Below, in pieces: positions 24,298 to 36,885 of a stretch of DNA of 64,000 bases. This DNA comes from Lepidodermella squamata (lineage: Eukaryota; Animalia; Gastrotricha), in contig JBLDXI010000019.1 of NCBI GenBank assembly GCA_047495785.1, positions 1,798,001 to 1,862,000 on the forward strand. Direction: 5' to 3'. Position 1 is the first letter of the stretch; each line of letters opens with the position of its first letter. The translations under genes were made by a program, and so were the position numbers. The notes below the pieces were generated by a model that saw only the letters and a list, made by a program, of their open reading frames with translations, did no database searches and had not been told where the DNA came from.

Positions 24298-25245
24298 ATG
24301 ACAAAACTAACGAAGAAGTTGAATTCTGGCTACGAATGCCCTTTGGTTGGCTACGGAACTTACCTTGCTTCAAATCCTGATGAGCTGAAAATCGCCCTAA
24401 CTGCCGCTGTGAAGGCGGGTTATCGCCATATTGATACGGCTCAGTTTTACCGAAATGAGGGCGTAATTGGCGAGACTCTTCAAGAACTCTACAAGGAGGG
24501 CGTTGTCAAACGTGAAGACATGTTCATCGTTACCAAGTTATGGTCGACAAGCTTCAACCCGACTGTTGTGATTGACACTATCAAGAAGCAGTTGGAGCTT
24601 TTGAAGACGAACTGCATCGATCTTTACCTCCTCCATTTCCCGGTACCAATGCGTAGCATGGATGCTAGTTTCAATATAGAACTCGAGACTGATTTCACCT
24701 TCGAAGCTACGTGGGCGAAACTGGAGGAAGCTGTCGGTCTCGGTCTGTTGCGTTCGATTGGCATTTCGAATTTCAACATCTCTCAAGTTGAACGACTGGT
24801 TAAAGCTGCAAAAATCAAGCCAGCTATGAACCAGTGTGAAATGCATGTCTTTTTCCAACAGGACAAACTTCGGGCTGTCTGTGAAAAGCATGACATTGGG
24901 TTCACGGCTTATTCCCCGTTTGGCAACCCTGGGTTTAACATGATGCCGCGAAAGCAGCTTGATGTCTTCAATAACCCTATTCTGACAGAGATTGGAGCGA
25001 AATATGGCAAGAAGCCGAACCATGTCATCATTCGTTGGTTTTTCCAGCTCGGCATCTATGTCATCCCGAAAAGCACGACTCCGGCACGTGTCATCGACAA
25101 TTTCAACATTTGGGACTTTGAGCTGAGTGCTGCAGACATGGCAAAGATCAAAACCATGGACGAAAATGAACGTTGTGTCGGTTTTGAAATCGGAAACTTG
25201 GTCAAGCACCCTGATTTCCCATTCACGGAAAAAGGAAGCTGCTAA
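24298..25245 (+). CDS. Aldo-keto reductase (AKR1-like), intronless
   Basis: GYRHIDTAQFYRNE, TKLW, DLYLLHFP (D-Y-K-H catalytic tetrad), SIGISNFN, AYSPFG, VIPKSTTPARV. Confidence 0.95.
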   Translation: MTKLTKKLNSGYECPLVGYGTYLASNPDELKIALTAAVKAGYRHIDTAQFYRNEGVIGETLQELYKEGVVKREDMFIVTKLWSTSFNPTVVIDTIKKQLELLKTNCIDLYLLHFPVPMRSMDASFNIELETDFTFEATWAKLEEAVGLGLLRSIGISNFNISQVERLVKAAKIKPAMNQCEMHVFFQQDKLRAVCEKHDIGFTAYSPFGNPGFNMMPRKQLDVFNNPILTEIGAKYGKKPNHVIIRWFFQLGIYVIPKSTTPARVIDNFNIWDFELSAADMAKIKTMDENERCVGFEIGNLVKHPDFPFTEKGSC

Positions 25246-26401
25246 GGCTAATAGACGATTAACACAGCTTTACTGCCGTTGGAGAAATGACATCTTCTGA
25301 AAGTGTTTAAAAGCGTCTTGACTCTTAAGAATTGATGTATTGATGTTATCATTTTTGTTAAATATTAGTTGATTTAGTCAAAACTTGTAAGAATAAATTT
25401 CAGTTCCTCAGATCGGCTTTCATCGCAAAATTGACTAAGAGTTGTTGATAGGTATTCTTGTTTATACAGTACAGAGCAGCAATAGGAAGGGAAATCAAGT
25501 AGCGTTCGACATACACAATCATGTTCAAATCCGCATCAAAAAGTGAGGCTATTCTATATATCGCTTTCTCACAGCTGTCCGCTTAGTGAGTGAATTCGGC
25601 TAATGGCAACCAGTTCGTTCATCTTATCAATCATGTCTGTTCGAGGAAGCGTGCCGTTAAAGCTGTTCGAGCCAGGAATTGCACGGAATCCAAGACGAAT
25701 GCGGCTGACGAATTTCAGGAGGAATGCTGCTCAAATTTCGAAATAGCCCTGGAGGAACCCTGTGTTTAATCGATATTGGGGCTGAGTGCTGCTCGGTTTT
25801 CACGAAGTCCCGGTGGGGAGAGTGCTGCTCGATCTACGATTGCTCAATTGACTTGGGATTATAAATATATTTTTTTGTATGGCAAGACCCTTTAGTCAAC
25901 GGCGGGATTCGAACGTACTGAGAAACTGCTACAACGATGAACTTGTCAGTTTTCAATTTATTGTAATTACGATTAATAAAATGATGCTTGCATCAAGTGA
26001 TCAAGTCTGTAAACTGCCCTTCTGAAGGAGTGAGTCTGCGCTAGGCAGCAATTGTAAAGCGGCCCGACGTAAGAGTATCGACAAGGTGCCTGTGACTTGA
26101 CGCAAAATCATATCCGCATGTTCATAGAAGAGATTATTTACAGCATTAGGGATAATAAAGGTATAGCAAGGTGAAAAGCTCTTTTGGAGTAGTTAGCTTG
26201 ATCTGTTGCGATATACGTTCTTATATAAGTATTCAAATCGAGATGTAACTCGCTACCAATTAGATTTCACCGATTTTAGTGGTAAATTTGCGGGGATTGT
26301 CGCTTGGATAACATGTTAGAGCGTCATCAAATGTCATTATAATAGTGCTCTTTTCAGAAAATACAGTCACATTTTCTCGATTTGATTCCCGCATCAACGG
26401 G

Positions 26402-29400
26402 TTAGAAAACCATGATTCGGGCAAAAAGCATGGTACCAGTTCCATCTTTTTCCACGCTTGCGTAACGTCCCTGTAAGGGCGGGGTACAATGGGCGGTAAT
26501 AATTTGATTAGGAACCGCATTCGGTGCTCTCAAGCCATCCGTCCAAATGTCACATATGGAGTTCTGAGCCAGGGCTGGACCCGCCGAGTTTCCGATCCTG
26601 AAGGTTAGCCTCATCGATACAATGGCGTTATCAGTCGACCAAGAGCCAGACGACGTAGTAGCCACGATAATTTTTGAAATATAAATAGGAATGCCGAGAT
26701 CGACTTGCAACCAGCCACTTGTCATTGAAACCGATGCGCTGAATGAACCAGGAGTGGTCATTGCGAGTAAATTAGCGGCTGTTATCGAATTGTTCGATGT
26801 TACAGTTTTGTAGGCAGCTAAATCTGTAGAATTGTCGCTATAAACACCGATTTGGCATATCTCGATCGTAGTCGCCCACATTGCATTAATCGATACGTAA
26901 CGGCCTGTTATTGGTCGCATGCAGTGGAATGTCACTCTGGCATTGTAAGACACTGGCGGAACCCTGGCGTTGCACTGCTGTTGCGATTCGATTGCGATTG
27001 TGTTAGGTGGGGTCGAGTTGCCGATGTGAATGTCAAAATGGCGGGTAGCTGTCGGAATGTCGGAATATGGACTACCCTTGAATCCTAAACGGGCAGCGGT
27101 GTAGTTAAAAAATTCGTCGACAACCAAACGGACAGCGTAAGCAACAACAACTGGTTTCAAGTAACTTATCATCGGGTTTGGATTAATCGCAGCATTAGGG
27201 CCGTCGAAGATTCGAAGACGTGACCCATTGTTGGGGTAGGTATATGGCACCCACAACACGCCGTCGAGACTAGTTAAAATGTGGTACTTTGTGATCCAGG
27301 CGGGTGCCGAGTTATGGCATTGTACGTAAATCGCCGTGATGAATCTGGACCCTGCGAATCTGACTTGGTAAAATGGCTCCGGGTCGTTAGTAGTTGGGAT
27401 CCATATCTGTCCTGAGTTGATATCAGGCCTCGCGTTTACTGCGGCTGATCCAATTCCCCGAGATGATACAGCTTCAACAGTATTCCATGTGTTCAGCTCT
27501 CCTCGATTGAAGAAATCTGAAACCATCGGATGTTGGCAGTTCGGCTGGAAAAAGTGTTTATAACAAACCTATGCAACCTCGAATCATCACCCTTAGAACA
27601 GGCGCACCAACCCATGTCATCGGGAAAATTCTGATTATGCGTGCTGCGAGATGAGGACGGAGGAAGTTCCACACAATAGTATCCCCGTCAAAATTAGCGT
27701 TGAATACCTGCGTATGGATTCAAGAAATTCACGAGCGATAGAATACGATTTCACACTTACCCTTGGGCCACTCACTTCCCTGGTCCACAACCAAGCAACT
27801 CTGCTAGTGCTCGGTTGATGCTGCAGTTGATATGTGGAGACGTAATAACCGCTTTTAGGTGATCTCCCTGTGTACCAATAGACGAAATTACAACCGGCTC
27901 GTTGAAGTCAATATAGATGTTAGTCTCTCCGTCTTGCAGTCTCCAGCAACAAGCGATCGAGCCCGTCACATTTTCATTGCCAACCCAACGGCTGTTAAGG
28001 CGGATTTGTGTAAATCTCACATTAGCAGATGACATGTAGGTTTGCCCTGCAATTGATGCTTTAGGAGTCAGGTCGCTTTCGCAAACATGGCCTTGAACTA
28101 TTTTTTGAAACAATCAAAATGTGCAAATAATAGCAAAAAATGAGATTACGTATAGTTGGAGTCGGACACTGAGTAGCGAGGTCAGCAGCTAAATACTGGT
28201 TCAAGTAGCCTTGAAAAATCGATAAACATGCGTAATCCCCATTGGCACGATAGCCGTAGTATGTATCTAAGCCAAGGTAGAAACGAGAAGTTAACAGGGG
28301 CCTGGAATCTGGTATAGGTGTTGAAATTTGTGCTGCGCCTTCGAAGAAGCCTTCGAACTTCATGTTTCCCGGTGTCAAGTCGAATGACATCATGTAATGC
28401 CTCCAAAAATATACGGGTACCGACATGTTCGGCATTGAAGGTTGGTACCAAGTTCCCGTACCATCGACATTCATGCAAGCCTCGAAATTCACAGTATTTG
28501 GCGTCTTCAGTTGGATGCTGTACTTGGCATAATTTGTTCCCTGTTCGGCAACGTTGAAGATCGGAATAACAACATTGCTCGTTGTTTGGCGATTGTAAAA
28601 AAATACACCAATGGAATATGATGATGCATTGCCTGTACCACTGCCAAAGAGAGTATTAGCCTGTGTGGACCAGTAATAATTATTCGTCATGCCAGGATTC
28701 GACCCTAGGCCTTTAGTTTCATCTGCGACTATCATTGGTAAATTCGCGCCTTGCTGCCACTCATTTCCAGCGGTCAACGTGTTTAAAGCGTCCTCGACTG
28801 CAGATTGGCCGAAGGAGAAGTCAAGGGGTGAACTGTAGACTGACATCATATCTGGAGTGGATGTGATAGGGCATCGTTTCAAAGCATAAATTTGCTTTCT
28901 GGTCAGCTCATTTCGGTAGATTTGAAGGCAGGCAACAGTTACCGACGGACCGACTCTGAAGCTATTCGTCGCAGTTTGCAGGACACAACGCGGCAACGCT
29001 GACGATGCCACTACTTCACCGTCTTGATATATTTGAAAAAATTGATCGCTTTGATAGTGATAGCTAATGCCGACGAACGTCCAAGTGTCAGGCATTACTC
29101 GTCTTGTTGAAGTTAGATTCGCACCGCGTCCATCGACGCATTGATATCCGCCGAACAATACACCATTTCGAACACCGAGATAGACAGTAAAGTTGTTTGA
29201 ATCGTAATACCAGCCGAGAATTGTGCCATTCGTAGCGGATGTAGTCATGATATTCATCAGAACAGTCGCGGCGAAAGGCATGTTCAGTGAAAGCCCCGGG
29301 GATGTGGTAATCGCCATACTCAGAATATCGTCATTCGTTGGTAGACTCAGAGCTCTGAAATATGGTAAAGCTTGAGATTATTAACGCGCTGAAGCGATCT

Positions 29401-31967
29401 TACGTTGATGTGAATCCGTAAATCTTGGTGCACTGCGACGATCCATTCACTGTAAAATTGGCTCCAAATCCTGTTATAGCGTTGAGTGAGCATGCAAATG
29501 GAAAAATAGCGACAGGAGCAGGATCTGTGAAAACATTCTTGAATTCAGAACAATTAAGATGCTGAGCTTTTCTTACTCAGCCATGGGCAGGTGCTGGCCT
29601 GTTCGATCTCTGAATGGTCCAGCCCTCTTGCGTAGAATTGCATACAAGCGATTCTGCCCGTCCATGCGCCATGGATCATGAAGTATTGGGACATTCTGAG
29701 TGCATCGGCAGCGCATCCTACATGAGCGATGGCGCGGTCATAATTGTCGATGAAAATTCTTGAGATTCCACTGGCACAATCTGCAGTTATCGCGAAAAAG
29801 AACCAGCGATTTTGTGGTACAACGACATCGGTAGTCGGCCATGCCCAAGATATGTTGGAGCTGCTCGTGTAATCCACCTTGATCGCTCGATTACTAGCCA
29901 GAATTTTGACATTCAACCTCCACATGCTAATTTTAAAGACATAAATCAAGCTAGTAGAATATCATTATATTCTGATCTAACTAGTTCTTCGCCATATTAC
30001 GCATCAAATATACATCTCCAGTTGCAGTTGAGTAGAAAATCCACATTGCAAACGTCCAACCATTAGCTGCATCTATGACGTTGATATTGTTTGTTCTAAC
30101 CAGCGCGTACCTCTCAGTTCCGCTCCATTGAAGAGATCCCATAGGGCGGCCATCCACACCGGTCCCATAGGTCAGCTGGTTCGAAAACACCGCGTGGTTT
30201 CCATTTTCCGAGAGATCATCTCCGCCCCGCATGATATCGAAAAGCCACAATCCATGAGGGTTCAGGGTAAATTGCGGGGGTATTCCGGGAGTTACTACTT
30301 CGACTGAGGTAATATCCGCTATGGAGCCCGTGTCAACAGTTACGAAGGGCCGATCTCCGGTCGTAACGGGGAAAATCCGGGTGCAATTTTGAATATGCTG
30401 CAGCCTTATCGTTCTCTGCTTGGTCAGTACAGAAGGTCCCGAGAGTTTCGTCATCGGATTCGTATCGAATGTGTTACCATTGACTGTTACATTAACGTTC
30501 AAGGCCAAGTTCGTCATATAATTCGGAGTATCTAAATTTATGAAAAGGATGTAATTGCTTCAAAGTAAATTTCTCAATGCTCACTTCTGCAGCCTAGCAG
30601 TTCGACGCGATAACAAATTAGGTTCGGAGACGCTTTCGGTATAATGTTGAAGAATCTCCCGGTTACAGGCTTCGGGATTTTGATTGTTACAACAGTCGTT
30701 GGATTCGTATTTCCCCTGAAAGTTGTTGATCCAAAAGTATCCGCTAAATCAATCCATCTGTCCGAATCTTGCGCTTTATATTGCAGAGCAAAACTGGAGA
30801 CCCAAGCAGACTGATTTTTGCATCCCTGAACTTCGAAAGCGTTCACGATGAACTGCTTGCGGAGATCGATTATCAGGTTACTCGGGTTGTTGGTACCTGC
30901 AATGCCCCAGTTTAAGCGGTAGTAGAACGATGCGGCCGAAGTGCCTGGAGCAGTGACCTGGCTAAACGGAACATCCCCACTTTCGATGCCAAGAGCTTCC
31001 ATGCAAGTAGCAGGGCAGCCATCGAATTGAAAATTTGCACAGTTCATATTGCTATTAGCGACCGTTGATATCACTTTAACGAATCGCAGCAAAACTGGAG
31101 AAAATCGTTTATAGGTGATTATAGAGCCTGCAGTTCCATTCATAAGCTGAAAAATGAGATAATAGAAGGAATTGATCATTCAGCTTAAATAATTACCATG
31201 ACTTGCCCTCGGCCTGTTGTTATTGGGGCGTAATATACATCGTCCAGACTGGTTTCGATGCGGAATTGAGGAATGCATGAGCTGTCGACGCATTTGTACC
31301 AGAACTGAGTCATCCAAACGTATCTCTGAAGATCAACCTCAAACCAACTGCCGGCGGGCGAGTTAGATAGCATACAAGCCCTTGATAGGTGACCAGCGGT
31401 GATGCGAGCGAAAGCAGGAGCATCAAGAGGCAGGTTGAGTATAGTGTTGTTGGTAACAGAACTTGAGGTGTAGGCTATATCGCTGACGTAACTTGTGTCA
31501 TAATCCAAAGTTTCAACTGATGAAATGGGGTCTTTGAAACACCGAGACTGCCCTGCTAACTGCATTATGACCTTTGGGTACCAAGCTGAGACACATTCCC
31601 TGGTTTCATGGGAACACTGATTCGTCCTAGCGATATTACTCTGCCAATCAACCGTGGACGAAATGAAATCGGTGTCATTTGTCAGCCGGGCCATTGAAGA
31701 GCCGTCAGGCGATATCGTCAGCAAAACGCATGACTTGCTGCTCATTTGGAACTGCGAGGCTTGGCAACGCAAGTTGGCGCCGCACAAAGCTGTACATACT
31801 GACTCTTCCTTAGCTGCTGTAACGCTTGATATAATGAAACCATCCAAATTCGAAAGCCCGCTTCCTGTTGCTGGAACCATTTTCGAGCCTGCATATCGTC
31901 TAAAGTGAGTACCACTTTCGACGAATGCCACTAACGCAAAAATATGTAACGCTGTAATTTTTTCCAT
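26402..31967 (-). CDS. Secreted multidomain lectin-like protein, copy B; frameshift in exon 7 (pseudogene or assembly error)
   Basis: Exons 31967-31197, 31146-30585, 30531-29982, 29926-29577, 29524-29404, 29354-28150, 28097-27761, 27707-27569, 27516-26402. Signal peptide MEKITALHIF...; PAN/apple cysteines CTALCGANLRCQASQF...SCVLL. Exon 7 is 337 nt versus 347 and 353 nt in the paralogues, so it is out of phase. Confidence 0.82.
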
Positions 31968-33242
31968 TCTCCAAATTTTTGACAACTAGACAAAGCCTGG
32001 AAATTTGACCTAATGACTATTAGGCATTCAACGCCGAGAGTTATTTAAAGAGAAGTCACATTAAAATTTATTATCTTCAAGGTGGCTCGAGTGTTAAAAT
32101 ATTAACCTGCGTCGCTTGGAAACTGCATGTGCGAATTTTGGGCGATTTGTCTTATGACGCAATTAGTAAATTTATGCATTTACAAGTCGCATGTTTGCCC
32201 TCTTCGAGCTTGAAACCCGTCGCTCCATAAGATTACTAAGGATGTGAGCCGTGATCGGTGATCGAACACTATAAATAAACTTTATAACAGTTGTATGGCG
32301 ACATGGAAATTTTTTTTACTCGCTTATAGTCGTTAATGCTGCAAGCTATTATCATCTGCGCTGCTTTCGGCTTATTGGCTCTTTCTTCACTCAATATAGA
32401 TCTTTATTGATAAAGAGTAATTTTAATCATGAAGTTTGTAACAGGCCCAAGCATTGAATTAATGTTATCGAATGTTAATGTTTTGTGCACCAAATTGAGT
32501 AATCAATAATCATTTCTTGACTTGAAAGCTTGCCGCATCAATGGATGGGATGAGAGCGTTTACTGAGCATATGCACCGTGATGCTAGAATTTTCAACCTG
32601 GGCAAGACTGGTCAATGACTTGAGATACGATGATAGAATGACATCAGCTTACAAACGGTATAATAAGGTTAATTAATTTCTTAGTTCTGCTTTCTGTATG
32701 ACGATTATCACAATAATATGAGCGTAAGTCTAGCTTGTTTTTGTCACTAATGGATTAGGCCATACTCCGAAGGCTATAAATTGCAGACCGGAAGGGCACT
32801 GTTCACCTGCATGCTCTACGCTGCATGTTATCTAAAGCCGGCCTCGTGAGCGACTGTCGCGCCCGCCGTGTTCGCCCATGATCACAATGATCAACAGATG
32901 CTTTTCGTTCGTATTCTAAAACTGTAAAATAATCAAAAAGTTGTGGATTTGTTGGTTCCGCTAAGTGGGCGTTTGGTTCAATAAAACACCTATCATTAGC
33001 GGAGCCTCAGTCAATGCACTTGCGGCAAAAATAGATTTCCGATTCCGGATGACTCTTTCGTTTCCTACATGTCTCAAATAAACTCCGTAAGCGTTTAAGA
33101 ATTGGCGGGGGAAACTTGACTCCTTAATAACATTTTCGGCCTGGGCGTCCGGTTTGCAAACTCTGAAAAATTCGGAACTGGACATGTTCAAAATGTTGAG
33201 CTATCATGCGCTCATATGTGCAAAAGTTCGATCTATTTCAAA

Positions 33243-35684
33243 ATGACCTATCTAATCTACGGCAAATTGCTATTTACAGCTTCTGTGATTTCAGTTGTTT
33301 CAGCTCGCGGTTTAAATGCCACCGAGAAACCGAAAGTTGCCAACATTCTGGCCATGTATATTGCCACTGGAAAAGCAACAGATACCGCGTGTTACATGGC
33401 TCAGCAAATGTTAGTTGAAGAAGTAAACAAGCGAAACGACATCCTGCCCGATCACCAATTAAAGATTATTGCGACGGATGAAGACGTTGAAACGCGTCGG
33501 CCTGATACGTGGAAGAGGTATTTATTTGGCGATGTCGAAGAGGTTAGCGGCGAAATTCTGGCACCTATTGTAATGCTACCGACATCCTCAGGCCGATGTC
33601 AGTACCTTTCAGCGGTGCTTCACCACGTGAGCCTTGTCGGAATCTCGCCGAGTTGTTCAACGCCTGCAGTGACAGCAAATCGACGGATTTACCCGAATTT
33701 GTACCGAGTTCGTCTACCAGGAGATCTAGTCAACTATTCGAGATTGAAGTTCATCGAAGAAATCGGGAAATGGAGGAAAATGGCCATTTTGACCAGGGCA
33801 GATACGCCACGTGACTACGGCTCTTCAATGGAGTTTTACAACGAAGCAACAAAACGGGGTATTCAGATCGTGTTCTTCGAGGCTATAGACCCAACACTGT
33901 CTGACGAAGTCATTGCTGGCTTGAAACGATCAGACGCTAGGGTTATACTCATCGACACAACTTCATTCCTACCGCTTTTGTTCTGTAAAATGGCTAAACA
34001 TGGCTTCACGACTGATGGGAAATACGCCTACCTTCTTCAATACGAGGTTTACGAAAGTCCAATGGTATCACGACCATATTTCTCCAAAGAATGCCCGGCA
34101 TCACTCTATATGGAGTTTTACTCGTCCAGCTTCTACATTGGTCAACTTACTGACGTTCGGCAGTACAACGGCATTACTTCAGCTGGCTATGACCTTGCCG
34201 AGTTTGAGAGAAGATTCGATAGAGCGACGAATTCCGCGCGGCCTGAGGATTACCACAGGAGACATCAATGCTTCGACTCAATGCTGCAAACAGTTTTAAC
34301 CTTAGACAAGGCTGAATCGTTGTTGACTGGCAGGAATTTGACGTTATCCGACTACTCCTCGAAGCCGAATGAGGTAATGCTGGCCGTGAATTCATCAGCT
34401 GCTGAGCTTTCTTACTCGAATCTGCGCTACGGCTCTGTTCACTACTCAAAACGCTTGGAGCTCGATAATTTGCCGCAGTATATTCGAACTTTCAACCTAT
34501 CATCAAAAGATGCTGTCAACATTTTCAATCTAACATGTCAAGAGAATCAATCCATTTACGAAGTTGACAGCTACAAAATCAGCCAGATTCTCCCGTACAC
34601 CTGGAGAACAAGAGATGGCCAGCCGACTAGGGATGCTTCGAAAAGAGCAACCTTTCGAAGTACATCTGCTATAGCGCATCATTCCGTGTGCTTTGCTCTG
34701 TCAGTTGTACTGATAATGTTGCAGATCGCTACCATCTACCGCGGAATCTTCCGCAGCACGATGTCTCAGAGAGTGACTAATTCGCGAATTGAAGTCATTG
34801 GCCTTTCACGGTCTCAATCGAGACTGACAACAGTGAGTGCTCCTAGGTTCGGTGGGGTTTCGATAAGAGCCTACCTGCCTTACGATCGGGCATGGGCAGT
34901 TGCAGCTCCGGCATCGGCATGCATTCTGCTCAATCTAGCCGCATCTGAATTTCTATGGCTAGCAATAGGGTCAGCGCAGGATTTCCAAAATTTTGTATGC
35001 GCGTCTTCGGTTGTGCTAGGCGTACTTGCCGTAACTTATCTGCACCTTTCGCAATTATTCTGTCTCTTCCTGAGCTTTTTCGTTATCAACAACCTGAAGC
35101 CGGAGCATTCAAATGCTAAATTTCGAACTGCAGCTATTGCAGCTATTTCGATCGCTGCTATCATAACCATACTTATGTGCCCCTTGTGGATCATCGATCG
35201 CTATTCCGCTCAGGAAATAACTGCTTCTTTCATTTACGAAGAAGTGAATGACGAGTATTTAACTACTACAACAAATGTTTGTTCATTAAGCTTTACGCAC
35301 CCTGTTTTTCACACGATGTGCGCGCTGAATGCCGCTTGTCTAATCTGTTCGAATTTCCTCGTTTACTCCTTGCGAAGCCGGCGGTGCATCGCTTGGGATC
35401 AGCTGTCGTTCTTTGAAATCAGCCGGCTACGCTTGTCGACTGTCAGCTGTATATCGCTGTTTGCTGTTGCTTGGCTTACGGTGATTGCCCTTCAAGAGCC
35501 AATGTCTCGGCAGATTGCTGCCAACTATTGGATGGTTATTTATACCCTGCCAATATCGGTGTTTTACACTATTCCGATGAACTTTATTCCGAGGAGGCAA
35601 CCGACCAGGTTCTCTAATGACAGGCAGAGAATAGGTGAAATTCGAGCATCGAGAATGATCGAATTCCAAGATATAAGAGATTGA
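33243..35684 (+). CDS. Class C GPCR, GABA-B-receptor-like, intronless, paralogue 5
   Basis: First in-frame ATG at 33243 (MTYLIYGKLL..., signal peptide); VFT + 7TM. Confidence 0.85.
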   Translation: MTYLIYGKLLFTASVISVVSARGLNATEKPKVANILAMYIATGKATDTACYMAQQMLVEEVNKRNDILPDHQLKIIATDEDVETRRPDTWKRYLFGDVEEVSGEILAPIVMLPTSSGRCQYLSAVLHHVSLVGISPSCSTPAVTANRRIYPNLYRVRLPGDLVNYSRLKFIEEIGKWRKMAILTRADTPRDYGSSMEFYNEATKRGIQIVFFEAIDPTLSDEVIAGLKRSDARVILIDTTSFLPLLFCKMAKHGFTTDGKYAYLLQYEVYESPMVSRPYFSKECPASLYMEFYSSSFYIGQLTDVRQYNGITSAGYDLAEFERRFDRATNSARPEDYHRRHQCFDSMLQTVLTLDKAESLLTGRNLTLSDYSSKPNEVMLAVNSSAAELSYSNLRYGSVHYSKRLELDNLPQYIRTFNLSSKDAVNIFNLTCQENQSIYEVDSYKISQILPYTWRTRDGQPTRDASKRATFRSTSAIAHHSVCFALSVVLIMLQIATIYRGIFRSTMSQRVTNSRIEVIGLSRSQSRLTTVSAPRFGGVSIRAYLPYDRAWAVAAPASACILLNLAASEFLWLAIGSAQDFQNFVCASSVVLGVLAVTYLHLSQLFCLFLSFFVINNLKPEHSNAKFRTAAIAAISIAAIITILMCPLWIIDRYSAQEITASFIYEEVNDEYLTTTTNVCSLSFTHPVFHTMCALNAACLICSNFLVYSLRSRRCIAWDQLSFFEISRLRLSTVSCISLFAVAWLTVIALQEPMSRQIAANYWMVIYTLPISVFYTIPMNFIPRRQPTRFSNDRQRIGEIRASRMIEFQDIRD

Positions 35685-36885
35685 CATTTTTATTTTTGAA
35701 ATCAGTTTGAAATATTGGAATGATGTTATTGCAAATAAGAAATCGGTAGGTACTGGAGGAGTTGAAAAAGCGAATTCGATAAAACGATATGAGCTTAATT
35801 TAGCCGTTTGACAAGAAATTCGAAATCTTGTCAAAGCTGTGCGGTAAAACATCAGGCTGAAACGCAGCATGAAAAGGTTCCTTATAGTTTGTCCCCGAAA
35901 TTCAGGTTAAATTTTTTAACACGCCAATTTATTATAGGAAGAAAATTTTCGCGCATCTACAATCTATCGAAATGCCAATTTTTGAGTGATCACTGCGGGG
36001 GAATTGGGAGTAGTTTGCCGGCAACTCGTTTAATGGTCCCCAGCTTGCCATCTCTCACTTTAAAAGTCGGTAAACTGCTGCAGTCTTTCTACAGGAATGG
36101 CGTCTTTTTGGGTTAAATTGTGAAAACATGAAAGTTGCAATGTCCCCATTTTTCAATATAAAAGGGAAAAAATGAGATGTATGAGCCGTTGGCATCAACT
36201 CTTAAAATGCCATTTGGAAAAAATCTATGCATTCGAAACTGCTGTGTGAACATAATTCTACAAGGAATTTTTCTCTTTCAAAGATTTGCTAGGGTTTCTA
36301 CAACAGAATATCACCACCGGCCAATGTCTGACTCGATTGATATTTTCTTCGAATTTTATCGATAAAACCATGTTGAATAAAAACGGAAAAGCACGGCAAT
36401 TTGATTTTTCATACAATTTGAGACCGTCCGCAAGAAATATAAAACTTCGAACAATTTTGCAGTGATTAACAAGTGTTTTGGCCTCCTTAAAAGACAATAC
36501 TTTTATTGCTCTTATTGTGGACAGCCACATTATTTTTAGAATTTGTGCTTGGCGCGGTTGGTTTTGGCGATGACTCACCCCTTTGGCATGGACTTTAATA
36601 AATCATCGTTCGATTCTTGCGATTTGGCTGAGTTCCAAACGGCTGCACGCGCCGACTCCGCGGCGCAGCAGCAGCAACAGATGCCGATAGAATAAAATGA
36701 TAACGCTCGGCTCAGTTCTCGAGTTCATCGTCCATAAAAAGTCACTTTTTCACCGCATGATTTTTTGGTTTAATTTAATTATTTTTGGCAAATGCCCATC
36801 TTAACGACAGCAGCGACTTATTGACCTAATTTGTCTCGGTCATTTTGTTATTATAGGAAATATCAAGCTTTAATAGAAATTAACC

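Noticed and set aside
24538-25209. 223-aa antisense ORF
   Set aside because: In-register shadow of the aldo-keto reductase with no motifs of its own.
25896-25915. tRNA T-arm/B-box-like GTTCGAATCCCGCCGTTGAC on minus
   Set aside because: No matching acceptor stem, D-arm or anticodon arm upstream.
12696-33814. Repeated alternative-frame ORF MSVPFSGASPREPCRNL in three receptors
   Set aside because: By-product of near-identical nucleotide tracts; not independent evidence of an overlapping gene.
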